DNA from: Pseudomonas aeruginosa PAO1
GTDB taxonomy: Bacteria; Pseudomonadota; Gammaproteobacteria; Pseudomonadales; Pseudomonadaceae
Assembly (NCBI RefSeq): GCF_000006765.1
Contig: NC_002516.2
Strand: one strand, 5' to 3'
DNA: 64,000 bases
Under the pieces are notes generated by a model. That model saw only the letters and a list, made by a program, of their open reading frames with translations. It made no database searches and had not been told where the DNA came from. The position numbers and the translations under genes were made by a program. Below are positions 20,199 through 29,322 of this stretch, piece after piece (position 1 is the first letter of the stretch; every line of letters begins with the position of its first letter).

Positions 20199-22343
20199 AT
20201 GACTGACGCTATCCGTTACGAAAAAGGCCAGGACAACGTCGTCGTCCTGACCATGGACATGCCCGGGCAGAGCGCCAACACCATGAACGGTGTCTACCGC
20301 GAGGCGATGGCGAAGACCATCGCACGGCTGGAGGCGGAGAAAGAGGGGATCGCCGGCGTGGTGCTGACCTCGGCGAAGAAGACCTTCTTCGCCGGCGGCG
20401 ATCTCAACGAGCTGATCAAGGTCACCAAGGCCGACGCCCCGGCCTTCTACCAGGGCATCCTCGAACTCAAGGGCCAACTGCGGCGCCTGGAGACCCTCGG
20501 CAAGCCGGTGGTCGCCGCGATCAACGGCGCTGCGCTGGGCGGCGGCTGGGAGATCTGCCTGGCCTGCCACCACCGCATCGCCCTGGACAATCCCGGCGTG
20601 CAGCTCGGCCTGCCGGAGGTGACTCTCGGCCTGTTGCCGGGCGGCGGCGGGATCGTGCGCATGGTGCGCCTGCTTGGTCTGGAGAAAGCCCTGCCGTACC
20701 TCGCCGAAGGCAAGAAGGTGCGTCCGGCGGAAGCGCTCAAGGCCGGGCTGATCCACGAACTGGCCGACAGCCCCGAGGAAATGCTGGAGAAGGCCCGCGC
20801 CTGGATCCTCGCCAACCCGGCGGCGAAGCAGCCCTGGGACAGCGCCGGCTACAAGATTCCCGGCGGTACGCCTGCCAGTCCCAACGTGGCGCAGATGCTG
20901 GCCATCGCACCGTCGGTGCTGCGCGACAAGACCAAGGGTTGCTTCCCGGCGCCCGAGAAGATCATGTGCGCGGCGGTGGAGGGCGCCCAGGTCGATTTCG
21001 ACACCGCGCAACTGATCGAGGCGCGCTATTTCACCGAGCTGACCACCGGCCAGGTGGCGAAGAACATGATCGGCACCTTCTGGTTCCAGCTCAACGAGAT
21101 CAACGCCGGCAAGTCGCGGCCGCAGGGGTATCCGGTGCGGGCGACGAAAAAGGTCGGCGTGCTCGGCGCCGGGATGATGGGCGCGGGCATCGCCTACGTA
21201 TCGGCGGCGGCCGGCATCGAGGTGGTGCTCAAGGACGTCTCGCTGGAAGCGGCGGAGAAGGGCAAGGCTTATTCGGCCAGGCTGCTGGACAAGAAAGTTG
21301 CGCGCGGGCACCTGTCCGCCGAGAAGCGCGACGCCTTCCTCGCGCGGATCGTGCCGAGCGTCAGCGAAGCCGACTTCGAAGGCTGCGACCTGATCATCGA
21401 GGCGGTCTTCGAGGACCGCGCGCTGAAAGGCAAGGTCACCGCCGAGGCCGAGAAACATGCCCTGGCCGATGCGGTGGTGGCGTCCAATACCTCGACCCTG
21501 CCGATCACCGGTCTGGCCCAGGCGGTGGCGCGGCCGGAGAAGTTCATCGGCCTGCACTTCTTCAGCCCGGTGGACAAGATGCCGCTGGTGGAGATCATCC
21601 GCGGCGAAAAGACCAGCGACGAAACCCTGGCACGCGGTTTCGACTACGTGCTGCAGATCAAGAAAACGCCGATCGTGGTCAACGACAGCCGCGGCTTCTT
21701 CACCTCGCGGGTATTCGGCACCTTCACCAACGAAGGCATCGCCATGCTCGGCGAAGGCGTGAGCGCCGCGATGATCGACAACCAGGCGCGCCAGGCCGGT
21801 ATGCCGGTGGGGCCGCTGGCGATTTCCGACGAAGTCTCGCTGAGCCTGATGACCCACATCCGCAACCAGACCGCCCGCGACCTCGAGGCCGAGGGCAAGG
21901 CTCTGCCGACGCACCCCGCGTTCGCCGTGATCGACCTGATGGTCAATGAGTACAAGCGCCCGGGCAAGGCGGCCGGCGCCGGCTTCTACGACTACCCGGC
22001 GAACGGCAGGAAACATCTCTGGGCGGAACTCAAGAGCCGCTTCGAGAAGCCCGATGCGCAAATATCCGCCGAGGACGTACGCGACCGCCTGCTGTTCATC
22101 CAGGCCATCGAGACCGTGCGTTGCGTGGAGGAGGGGGTATTGCACTCCACCGCCGACGCGAACATCGGCTCGATCTTCGGTATCGGTTTCGCCGCCTGGA
22201 GCGGGGGCGCCTTGCAGTTCATCAACCAGTACGGCCTGAAGGACTTCATCGCCCGCGCCCAATACCTGGTCGAACAGTACGGCGAGCGCTTCGAGCCGCC
22301 GGCGCTGTTGCTGGAGAAGGCGGCGAAGGGCGAGCTGTTCTGA
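20199..22343 (+). CDS. Enoyl-CoA hydratase / 3-hydroxyacyl-CoA dehydrogenase (FadB/FadJ-like)
   Basis: Crotonase domain (ALGGGWEI, LPEVTLG), GAGMMGAGIA Rossmann motif, ASNTSTL, GLHFFSP. Confidence 0.95.
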   Translation: MTDAIRYEKGQDNVVVLTMDMPGQSANTMNGVYREAMAKTIARLEAEKEGIAGVVLTSAKKTFFAGGDLNELIKVTKADAPAFYQGILELKGQLRRLETLGKPVVAAINGAALGGGWEICLACHHRIALDNPGVQLGLPEVTLGLLPGGGGIVRMVRLLGLEKALPYLAEGKKVRPAEALKAGLIHELADSPEEMLEKARAWILANPAAKQPWDSAGYKIPGGTPASPNVAQMLAIAPSVLRDKTKGCFPAPEKIMCAAVEGAQVDFDTAQLIEARYFTELTTGQVAKNMIGTFWFQLNEINAGKSRPQGYPVRATKKVGVLGAGMMGAGIAYVSAAAGIEVVLKDVSLEAAEKGKAYSARLLDKKVARGHLSAEKRDAFLARIVPSVSEADFEGCDLIIEAVFEDRALKGKVTAEAEKHALADAVVASNTSTLPITGLAQAVARPEKFIGLHFFSPVDKMPLVEIIRGEKTSDETLARGFDYVLQIKKTPIVVNDSRGFFTSRVFGTFTNEGIAMLGEGVSAAMIDNQARQAGMPVGPLAISDEVSLSLMTHIRNQTARDLEAEGKALPTHPAFAVIDLMVNEYKRPGKAAGAGFYDYPANGRKHLWAELKSRFEKPDAQISAEDVRDRLLFIQAIETVRCVEEGVLHSTADANIGSIFGIGFAAWSGGALQFINQYGLKDFIARAQYLVEQYGERFEPPALLLEKAAKGELF

Positions 22344-22359
22344 GTCCTGACGTCGCATG

Positions 22360-22387
22360 GAGAGCCGGCCTTCGGGCCGGCTTTCTC
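22360..22387 (+). terminator. Hairpin GAGAGCCGGCC-TTCG-GGCCGGCTTTCTC after the fadB-like gene
   Basis: GC stem with a UUCG tetraloop just after stop 22343. Confidence 0.65.
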
Positions 22388-22456
22388 GTGGTCGCGTACC
22401 GCGGCGGATGACGCCACCCCGGTATGCCCAGGTTCTTGCCAGCCAGGCCGCCACGG

Positions 22457-22537
22457 GTAGGGCGAATAGCGCCATGGGCGCTATCCGCCGATATGCCGAG
22501 GTTCGGCGGATAACCGCGATGCGGTTATCCGCCCTAC
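22457..22537. repeat. Inverted pair of GTAG-type REP elements (REPIN-like)
   Basis: GTAGGGCGAATAGCGCCATGGGCGCTATCCGCC (22457-22489) and the inverted GGCGGATAACCGCGATGCGGTTATCCGCCCTAC (22505-22537). Confidence 0.8.
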
Positions 22538-22594
22538 GCCGTGCGTCGGTACGGGCCAGCCTCCAGGCTGCCACGGGCGCTTCCGCCGATGTGC

Positions 22595-23509
22595 CTACGC
22601 GGGACCTGGGTGTTCCTCGCCGGGGTAGCGCAGCAGGTTGATCACGGCGCTCAACGCCGCCGGGTGGTTGCGGCGGTTCGGATAATAGAGATGGAAACCG
22701 GGAAAGGGGGCGCACCAATCCGCCAGGACCCGTTCCAGGCGGCCGGCGGCGAGGTGCTCGGCGACTTCCTCCTCGATGGCGAAGGCAATCCCGACATCGG
22801 CCAGCGCCGCCTGTAGCATCAGGCGCGGGTCGTCGAGGACCAGCGGTCCGCTCATGGCCACCGAAAGCGCTTTCGTGCCCTTGCTGAATTGCCATTTGTA
22901 CAGCTCTCCGGAAGACACCTTGCGCCAGCCGATGCAACGGTGGCCGAGCAGTTCCTCCGGGCTACCCGGCCTGCCTTGCCGTCGGAAGTAAGCCGGGGTC
23001 GCGACGATGGCCAAGCGCAGGTCCGGGCCGACCCGCACGGCGCGCATGCCGTGCTGGAGGTCTTCGCCGAGGCGGATGCCGGCGTCGAAACCGGCTTCGA
23101 CGATATTGGCGAAACCTTCGTCCGCCACCACTTCCAGGGTGATGCCGGGATAGTCGCGGGCCAGTTCGCCGAAACGTGGTGCGAGGACGAGACCGATGGC
23201 GTTTCGCGGTGCGTTGATTCGTACCAGGCCGTGAGGCGTTTCGCGAAAGCGGTTAAGGCTGTCCAGCGCGGCGGCGATGTCTTCGAACGCCGGGTCCAGG
23301 TGTGCCAGCAGGTGCTCGCCGGCCTCGGTCGGCGAGACGTTGCGAGTGGTGCGGTTGAGCAGGCGGATGCCGAGCTGGGTTTCCAGTTCGCGCAGGGTGT
23401 GGCTGAGCGTCGGCGGGGTTACGCCGAGGGTGGCGGCGGCGCGGCGGAAACTGCGTTCGCGAGCGATGGCGACGAAGGCGGCGAGACCGGCGAGATCGGG
23501 CTTCTTCAT
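22595..23509 (-). CDS. LysR-family regulator
   Basis: N-terminal HTH (SFRRAAATLGVTPPTLS, LLNRTTRNVSPTEAG); divergent from an oxidoreductase. Confidence 0.93.
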   Translation of the reverse strand: MKKPDLAGLAAFVAIARERSFRRAAATLGVTPPTLSHTLRELETQLGIRLLNRTTRNVSPTEAGEHLLAHLDPAFEDIAAALDSLNRFRETPHGLVRINAPRNAIGLVLAPRFGELARDYPGITLEVVADEGFANIVEAGFDAGIRLGEDLQHGMRAVRVGPDLRLAIVATPAYFRRQGRPGSPEELLGHRCIGWRKVSSGELYKWQFSKGTKALSVAMSGPLVLDDPRLMLQAALADVGIAFAIEEEVAEHLAAGRLERVLADWCAPFPGFHLYYPNRRNHPAALSAVINLLRYPGEEHPGPA

Positions 23510-23660
23510 TGGATTATTAAAATAACTCGATCAATGAAAGAGATTTTTCCAGGATAGTTAGCTATTCGGCAGCAATATAGCATCGTCGGGAAACCTGGTT
23601 CATGAACAGGGTGGGGCCGGGGAAACCGCTCTTTTCAGAGCCTTCCGACGAGGTCGTACG

Positions 23661-24632
23661 ATGCAGCATGTCCGTCTTGGCAACAGCGGCCTGAAAGTCT
23701 CCCGACTCTGCCTGGGGTGCATGACCTATGGCGATCCGGCGTGGCGTCCGTGGGTGCTGGACGAGGAACGGGCGCGTCCGTTCATTCGCGAGGCGCTGGA
23801 AGCCGGGATCGACTTCTTCGACAGTGCCGATATCTATTCCACCGGCGAGAGCGAGCGGATCCTCGGGCGTGCGCTCAGGGACTTCGCGCAGCGCGAGGAC
23901 CTGGTAATCGCCACCAAGGCGTTCTTTCCCATGAGCGACAGGCCCAACGCCTGCGGCTTGTCGCGCAAGCACCTGCTTGCCAGCGTGGATGCCTCGCTGC
24001 GGCGGTTGGGTACGGACTACCTGGATCTCTTCGTGATCCATCGCTTCGATCCGGACACCCCGATCGAGGAAACCTGCGAAACCCTCGACAGCCTGGTGCG
24101 TGTCGGCAAGGTCCGTTACCTCGGCGCCTCGTCGATGCCGGCCTGGCGCTTCATGAAGATGCTCGCCTTCCAGCGCCACCACGGCCTGGCGCAATTCATC
24201 TCGATGCAGAGCCAGTACAACCTGATCGTTCGCGAGGACGAGGAGGACCTCGTGCCGCTGTGCCGGGAAGAGGGGATCGCGTTGACGCCCTGGTCGCCGC
24301 TGGCGCGTGGGCTGCTGGCCGGAGCGCGAAGCGCCGGCACGCTGCGGACCCGGACGGACGAACAGGCCCCGCGCTGGTACGGCGGCAGGGAGGAGGTCGA
24401 GTCGACCCTCGGCGCGTTGGAGAAGCTCGCCGCTGCCCGCGGGCTTCCACCGGCGCAACTCGCCCTGGCCTGGCTGCTTGGCCGGAACGGTGTCGCGGCG
24501 CCGATCGTCGGCCTGTCCAGGCCGCATCACCTCGAGGATGCCCTCGCGGCGCTGACGCTGGACCTCGCCGAAGAGGAGTGCGCCACGCTGGAGGCGCCGC
24601 TCACGGCGCGCGCCCGGACCCCGCGCTGGTAG
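23661..24632 (+). CDS. Aldo/keto reductase
   Basis: LGNSGLKVSRLCLGCM, FFDSADIY, IATK, DYLDLFVIH, WSPLARG. Confidence 0.93.
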   Translation: MQHVRLGNSGLKVSRLCLGCMTYGDPAWRPWVLDEERARPFIREALEAGIDFFDSADIYSTGESERILGRALRDFAQREDLVIATKAFFPMSDRPNACGLSRKHLLASVDASLRRLGTDYLDLFVIHRFDPDTPIEETCETLDSLVRVGKVRYLGASSMPAWRFMKMLAFQRHHGLAQFISMQSQYNLIVREDEEDLVPLCREEGIALTPWSPLARGLLAGARSAGTLRTRTDEQAPRWYGGREEVESTLGALEKLAAARGLPPAQLALAWLLGRNGVAAPIVGLSRPHHLEDALAALTLDLAEEECATLEAPLTARARTPRW

Positions 24633-24654
24633 GGCGCACATCGACGGAGAAAGC

Positions 24655-25653
24655 ATGATGAGACGACAGGCTTCCGTGTTGCTGCTGGTATCCATGGTAT
24701 CGGCGACCGTCTTGCCGGTTTTCGCCCGTGCGCCGGGCGAGCGCGAGCCGTCCTGCGCCGCGACGAGCATCGTCCTGCCAGCGGGGGCCCGGTATCCCAA
24801 CGGCATCGCCCATGCCGCCGATGGAACGCTGTACGTCGGTCTGGTCACCAGCGGGCGCATCCTGCGCAAGCCTCCCGGGGGCGAGTGGGAAACCTTCTTC
24901 GCCGGCAGCCCGGCGATCTTCGCTGCCACCGCGCTGCGGCTGGACGAGCCGCGTGGCCTGCTCTGGGGCAATTCGCCGGACTTCCTACCCGCTGGCCGGC
25001 GCCGGCCGCATGGGGTGTTCGCCCTGGATCTCGCGAGCGGTGCCGTGCGCCGATATCTGACCCTGCCCGGCGACGGGATGGGTAACGATCTCGCGGTGGC
25101 GCCCGACGGAACGGTCTACCTGAGCGAAACTCGGGATGGCAGCCTGATGCGGCTGCGGCCCGGGGAACCGGCGTTCCAGGTGTTGCTGCGCGACAGCCGC
25201 CTGGCCGGCCCCGGCGGGCTGGGCGCGGCGGGCATCGTCCGGGTGGACGACGACACCCTGCTGGTCGGCAACTTCGGTAGCGGGGCGATCCATGTCGTCG
25301 AAGGGGTCGCCACGCGTCCGCGGCTGCGCGAGATGGAGCTGCCCCGAACGCTGGAGAATCCGGATGGCATGGCGCTGGCTCCGGACGGCTCGCTGATCGT
25401 GCTGGAGAACGCCATCCGCAGCGGCGCCGGCAAGGTGCTGCGGATCGCCGAGCCGCTCGCTCCAGGGCGGCGCGGCATCGAAGTGATACGCGAGGGCCTG
25501 GAGTCGCCGGTCAACCTGACCGTCACCGGACAGGGTTGCGCCTATGTCAGCGAGTCCCGCATTCGCCACCGCCTGTTGCCGGGGCGCGAGGGCGAGGTGC
25601 CGGCGCGTTTCCTGATCCACCGGCTGCCCCTGGACGCGGCCGGGGGCCGTTGA
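24655..25653 (+). CDS. Exported beta-propeller protein (SMP-30/gluconolactonase-like)
   Basis: Signal peptide; repeated PNGIA / NDLAVAPDG / PDGMALAPDG blades. Confidence 0.7.
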   Translation: MMRRQASVLLLVSMVSATVLPVFARAPGEREPSCAATSIVLPAGARYPNGIAHAADGTLYVGLVTSGRILRKPPGGEWETFFAGSPAIFAATALRLDEPRGLLWGNSPDFLPAGRRRPHGVFALDLASGAVRRYLTLPGDGMGNDLAVAPDGTVYLSETRDGSLMRLRPGEPAFQVLLRDSRLAGPGGLGAAGIVRVDDDTLLVGNFGSGAIHVVEGVATRPRLREMELPRTLENPDGMALAPDGSLIVLENAIRSGAGKVLRIAEPLAPGRRGIEVIREGLESPVNLTVTGQGCAYVSESRIRHRLLPGREGEVPARFLIHRLPLDAAGGR

Positions 25654-25661
25654 TCGGCCGC

Positions 25662-26033
25662 TCAGGCGTTGGCGAAACGGCCTTCCAGATAGGCGATGAT
25701 CTCGCTGGATTCGTACATCCAGCGCACCTGGCCGTTTTCCTCGATGCGCAGGCACGGCACCTTGACCTTGCCGCCGCCTTCCAGCAAAGCCTGGCGGGCC
25801 TGCGGATCGTTCATGGCGTCCTTGAGTTGCATCGGCAGGTTCAGCCGGTGCATGGCGCGGCGTGTCTTCACGCAGAACGGACAGGCGCGGAACTGGTAGA
25901 GCGACAGGTTCCGCAGCGCCCGCTCGACCTCGGCCTGAGCCTCGGCGCTGCGCTGCAGCTTGCGGGGGCGGCTGACGAAGTCGGCGAGGATAATCGCCTG
26001 ACCCAGTCCGTTACGTACTGCCTTGAGCAACAT
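25662..26033 (-). CDS. Glutaredoxin-like protein
   Basis: CPFC motif, KVPCL, WMYESSEII. Confidence 0.85.
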   Translation of the reverse strand: MLLKAVRNGLGQAIILADFVSRPRKLQRSAEAQAEVERALRNLSLYQFRACPFCVKTRRAMHRLNLPMQLKDAMNDPQARQALLEGGGKVKVPCLRIEENGQVRWMYESSEIIAYLEGRFANA

Positions 26034-26277
26034 GGCGTGTGCCTCGCGGGAAAACCGCCAGTTTACGTGGCGGTTCCGGGCATGGGGAGTCCTTCCGTCT
26101 CCTGTGCAGATTTCTTTACGGCTGGGCGTCTCGGGAATCTTTCTGCCGGCTGCTTGTTTTTTGGCGAATCGTCCGGATATTCCTTTCGAGGCCAGGGCGA
26201 CGGTTCCCTTGCCCGCGCTCCTGTGTTAATTAAATCAAACGAAAACGACAATAACCCCACTTCTTCAGAGAGTCTTT

Positions 26278-27000
26278 ATGTCGCTCCGCATCTGTATCCT
26301 GGAAACCGATATCCTTCGTCCCGAGCTGATCGAGCGCTACGAAGGCTACGGCCGGATGTTCCAGCAACTGTTCGCCAAGCAACCGATCGCCGCCGAATTC
26401 GTCATCTACAACGTGGTGGAGGGGCGCTATCCGGCGGACGACGAGTGCTTCGACGCCTACCTGGTGACCGGCAGCAAGGCCGACTCCTTCGGTCCCGACC
26501 CGTGGATCCAGACCCTGAAGACCTTCCTCCTGGACCGCTACGAGCGCGGCGACAAGCTCCTCGGCGTGTGTTTCGGCCACCAGTTGCTGGCCCTGCTGCT
26601 CGGTGGCAAGGCCGAGCGCGCCAGCCAGGGCTGGGGCATGGGCATCCACCAGTACCAGTTGAACGAACGGGCCGACTGGATGAGCCCGGCGCTGCCGGAC
26701 CTGACCCTGTTGATCAGCCACCAGGACCAGGTCACCCGGCTGCCGGAAAACGCGCGGGTGATCGCTTCCAGCGACTTCTGTCCCTATGCCGCCTACGCCA
26801 TCGGCGACCAGGTGCTGTGCTTCCAGGGGCATCCCGAGTTCGTCCACGACTATTCCCGCGAACTGCTCGAACTGCGCCAGCAGCACCTGGGCGAGGAACT
26901 CTATCGCAAGGGGGTCGATAGCCTGGCGAGGGATCACCAGGGCACCGTCGTCGCCGAATGGATGATGCGTTTCGTCGCGCGCCAGCCGACCGGCGCCTGA
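26278..27000 (+). CDS. pauD2: Class I glutamine amidotransferase (gamma-glutamyl hydrolase, PauD2)
   Basis: GVCFGHQ and QGHPE; synteny with PA1742. Confidence 0.8.
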   Translation: MSLRICILETDILRPELIERYEGYGRMFQQLFAKQPIAAEFVIYNVVEGRYPADDECFDAYLVTGSKADSFGPDPWIQTLKTFLLDRYERGDKLLGVCFGHQLLALLLGGKAERASQGWGMGIHQYQLNERADWMSPALPDLTLLISHQDQVTRLPENARVIASSDFCPYAAYAIGDQVLCFQGHPEFVHDYSRELLELRQQHLGEELYRKGVDSLARDHQGTVVAEWMMRFVARQPTGA

Positions 27001-27057
27001 GCCGGCCCCGCGCCATGCGAGCGCCGCCAGCCTCCCGGGGTTGGCGGCGTTTTCGTT

Positions 27058-27297
27058 TCAGGCCGGGCAGTCGAGGATGAAGCGCTCCGGGATCCAGCGC
27101 TGCGGGCGTGCCGGCGGGGTGCCGCTCTGCAGCTTCAGCGCCAGGTTGGCCGCCAGCGCGCGGACCATCGCCTGGTTGCATTCGATGGTGCGCGCCAGTG
27201 CGCCTGCCGAGCCTTGGGCGAGGCCGAGTAGCGAGTAGCCATTGGTCAATATCGCCAGGGCGGCGACGATCCAGAATTTCCGTGTTTGCCTTCTCAT
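27058..27297 (-). CDS. Small exported or membrane protein, 79 aa
   Basis: Hydrophobic N-terminus, two Cys; 27 nt from the upstream small gene. Confidence 0.6.
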   Translation of the reverse strand: MRRQTRKFWIVAALAILTNGYSLLGLAQGSAGALARTIECNQAMVRALAANLALKLQSGTPPARPQRWIPERFILDCPA

Positions 27298-27324
27298 GCT
27301 GTTTCCCGGGAAAGAAGCCGGCGT

Positions 27325-27543
27325 TCAACCGGCGCGTCGACTGTTCAACCCCGAGAGCAGGCCTGGCAGGGCCTGGCCGATCTGGTTGGAGAAGGTCGTG
27401 GCGGTGTCGTTGTCCGGTGTGGCGTTCCTGGCGCTTTCGGCGCCGGCGACGAGGCTCAGCACGACCAGCATGAGGATGGCGTACAGACCCAGGGTAGCCA
27501 GGGCGGTGTTGCGGGCGTAATGGCGTGGGCTGCGACGTTTCAT
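27325..27543 (-). CDS. Small membrane or exported protein, 72 aa (PA1744 equivalent)
   Basis: Basic N-terminus plus a long hydrophobic helix; SD CGGAAG; MexT-type box upstream. Confidence 0.7.
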   Translation of the reverse strand: MKRRSPRHYARNTALATLGLYAILMLVVLSLVAGAESARNATPDNDTATTFSNQIGQALPGLLSGLNSRRAG

Positions 27544-27619
27544 GGCGGCTTCCGTGATCGATACCTCGGATGGGCATAGGATCGCGGAGAAGAATTCGAT
27601 TGGATAACGAATTTTCGCG

Positions 27620-27643
27620 CTATTAACTATCGACAGAAATGAT
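27620..27643 (-). promoter_or_regulatory. MexT nod-box-like site ATCA-TTTCT-GTCGAT-AGTT-AATAG
   Basis: Matches ATCA-N5-GTCGAT-N4-ACYAT in the first two blocks exactly and in the third at 3 of 5. Confidence 0.7.
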
Positions 27644-27697
27644 GCTTTGGCCGAACGACCGGTACGGGTTGCGGGGCCCGGGTTCGGGCCCGATGGA

Positions 27698-28186
27698 TCA
27701 GGACGAAGTCGGCGCGAGCAGGCGATCGACCACCTGCCGGGCTCGCTCGAAGGAGGGGTAGCCGCTGCGCGCGACCGGCAGCTCGGCGTAGGCCTGGCGA
27801 TAGGTCTCGGCCTTGGGAATATCAGCGCGCGGCAACAGGAAGGGCTCGGCGTAGATCTTGTAGAGCATCGCGTTGGCCAGCGGGTAGCGTCGCTCGGCGG
27901 AACGTTCGAGGAGGCGGGTGATGCGCTCGCAATCGCTGGCCTGGCCGTCGCGGCGAGCGATCAGCACGGCCTGGTAGAAGTCCGCCTCGCCGCTGCGGTC
28001 GTCGCGCGCCGCGCGCTCCAGCAGGGCCTGGGCCAGCGGCAGGCGATCGCGGTCGTTGGCGACGATGATCAGTTTCGCCTGCAGCATGTCGTTCTCGTAC
28101 AGCAGTTTTTCCCTGTCGCTGTCCTGGCGGCAGGTGGCGCAGCTTGCCAACAGCGGGATCAGGCAAAGTGCAATCCATTTCGGCAT
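27698..28186 (-). CDS. Lipoprotein with Sel1/TPR-like helices, 162 aa
   Basis: MPKWIALCLIPLLASC lipobox; helical ADFYQA / LLERSAERRYPLA repeats. Confidence 0.7.
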   Translation of the reverse strand: MPKWIALCLIPLLASCATCRQDSDREKLLYENDMLQAKLIIVANDRDRLPLAQALLERAARDDRSGEADFYQAVLIARRDGQASDCERITRLLERSAERRYPLANAMLYKIYAEPFLLPRADIPKAETYRQAYAELPVARSGYPSFERARQVVDRLLAPTSS

Positions 28187-28309
28187 GGCGGTTGTTTCCT
28201 TGTCATGGATGAGACGGCACGAGGCTGGAATCCAATGGAGAGGCGAGGCGCCTCCAAGGTTCCCTCGCATGCAGTCTAGTCGGCTCGTAGCGGATGGGAC
28301 CGGCCGTTC

Positions 28310-28323
28310 TTGATACGCATCAA
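28310..28323. promoter_or_regulatory. Perfect Anr/Fnr box TTGAT-ACGC-ATCAA
   Basis: Exact consensus, 83 nt before ATG 28407. Confidence 0.85.
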
Positions 28324-28406
28324 CTGGCGCCGGCGGGCAAGGCGTACGGTGAAAGATGCAGGGCGGCGCACGAAGCGCCTGTCCCGAAGCCAAGAAGGAA
28401 ACGCTC

Positions 28407-28913
28407 ATGATTCGTGAAGTTGAAGGTGACATTCTGCTTTCCGGGGCCCAGGTGATCGCCCACGGCATCGCGCCCCAGGACCATTTCGACAGCGGCCTGG
28501 CCCTCGCCTTGCGCGAACGCTGGCCGTCGATGGTTCGCGACTACCGGCATGCCGCCCATGCCAGGGCGCCCGAGCCGGGCGGCATCTGGGTCTGGGCCGG
28601 GGTCGACGAGCAGGGCAAGACCCAGTGCATCGTCAACCTGATCACCCAGGGCATGCTGCACAGCGGTCGTAGCGCCAAGCCGGGCAAGGCGAGCCTGGAG
28701 GATGTCGGCCATGCCCTGCGCGAGCTGGCCCGCTATGTGCGCAGCGAAGGGGTGAGCAGCCTGGCTCTGCCCTGCGTGGCGACGGGAGTGGGCGGGCTGG
28801 ACTGGTCCGAGGTCAAGCCGCTGGTGGTTCGCCACCTGGGCGACCTGGAGATCCCGGTGATTCTCTACGAGGTCTATCGCAAGGGCGTGGCGGCCGAGGA
28901 AAAGCTGGCCTGA
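28407..28913 (+). CDS. Macrodomain protein (DarG/TARG1-like), 168 aa
   Basis: VEGDIL, GLALAL, IVNLITQ, LALPCVATGVGGLDW; SD AAGAAGGAAA. Confidence 0.8.
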   Translation: MIREVEGDILLSGAQVIAHGIAPQDHFDSGLALALRERWPSMVRDYRHAAHARAPEPGGIWVWAGVDEQGKTQCIVNLITQGMLHSGRSAKPGKASLEDVGHALRELARYVRSEGVSSLALPCVATGVGGLDWSEVKPLVVRHLGDLEIPVILYEVYRKGVAAEEKLA

Positions 28914-28915
28914 AC

Positions 28916-28943
28916 GAAAAGCCCGGCGTGAGCCGGGCTTTTC
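28916..28943. terminator. Bidirectional intrinsic terminator GAAAAGCCCGGC-GTGA-GCCGGGCTTTTC
   Basis: Perfect stem between convergent genes. Confidence 0.85.
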
Positions 28944-28984
28944 AGGGTTGCGGGGAAAAGAAAAACGTTCCTGGCAGGCGGCGT

Positions 28985-29173
28985 TCAACCCTGCGCATCG
29001 GTGTCGCTCGCGGTTGGCGCCGTGGCCTGTTGCTGCTGGGCCTGCTCGATGGCGTGCTGGTTCAGTTGGACCATGCGGTTTTCCATCAGGCTGGATTCGT
29101 CGGCGAAGCTGGCTTGCACTGCGAGGGTGGTAGCCATGCCGAGGAGAATGGCGGCGAAGACATTGCGTTTCAT
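28985..29173 (-). CDS. Small secreted protein, 62 aa
   Basis: Sec signal (ASFA), Q/A-rich mature part; SD CCGGAGG; AT-rich upstream region. Confidence 0.7.
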   Translation of the reverse strand: MKRNVFAAILLGMATTLAVQASFADESSLMENRMVQLNQHAIEQAQQQQATAPTASDTDAQG

Positions 29174-29281
29174 GATGACCTCCGGTTTTCCTTGGGAATG
29201 TCATCAGGATAATCCGTAATAATTTTTTAAAAATAGCAGTTCAGGAGAGTTACCTTTGCGTAATAAGTAATTATTGGGCGC

Positions 29282-29309
29282 AAAAAAGCCCGGTATCAAC
29301 CGGGCTTTC
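29282..29309 (-). terminator. Intrinsic terminator AAAAAAGCCCGG-TATCAA-CCGGGCTTT
   Basis: Stem with a U6 tail on the minus strand after the crotonase gene. Confidence 0.8.
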
Positions 29310-29322
29310 GCTGGAGCGGGCC

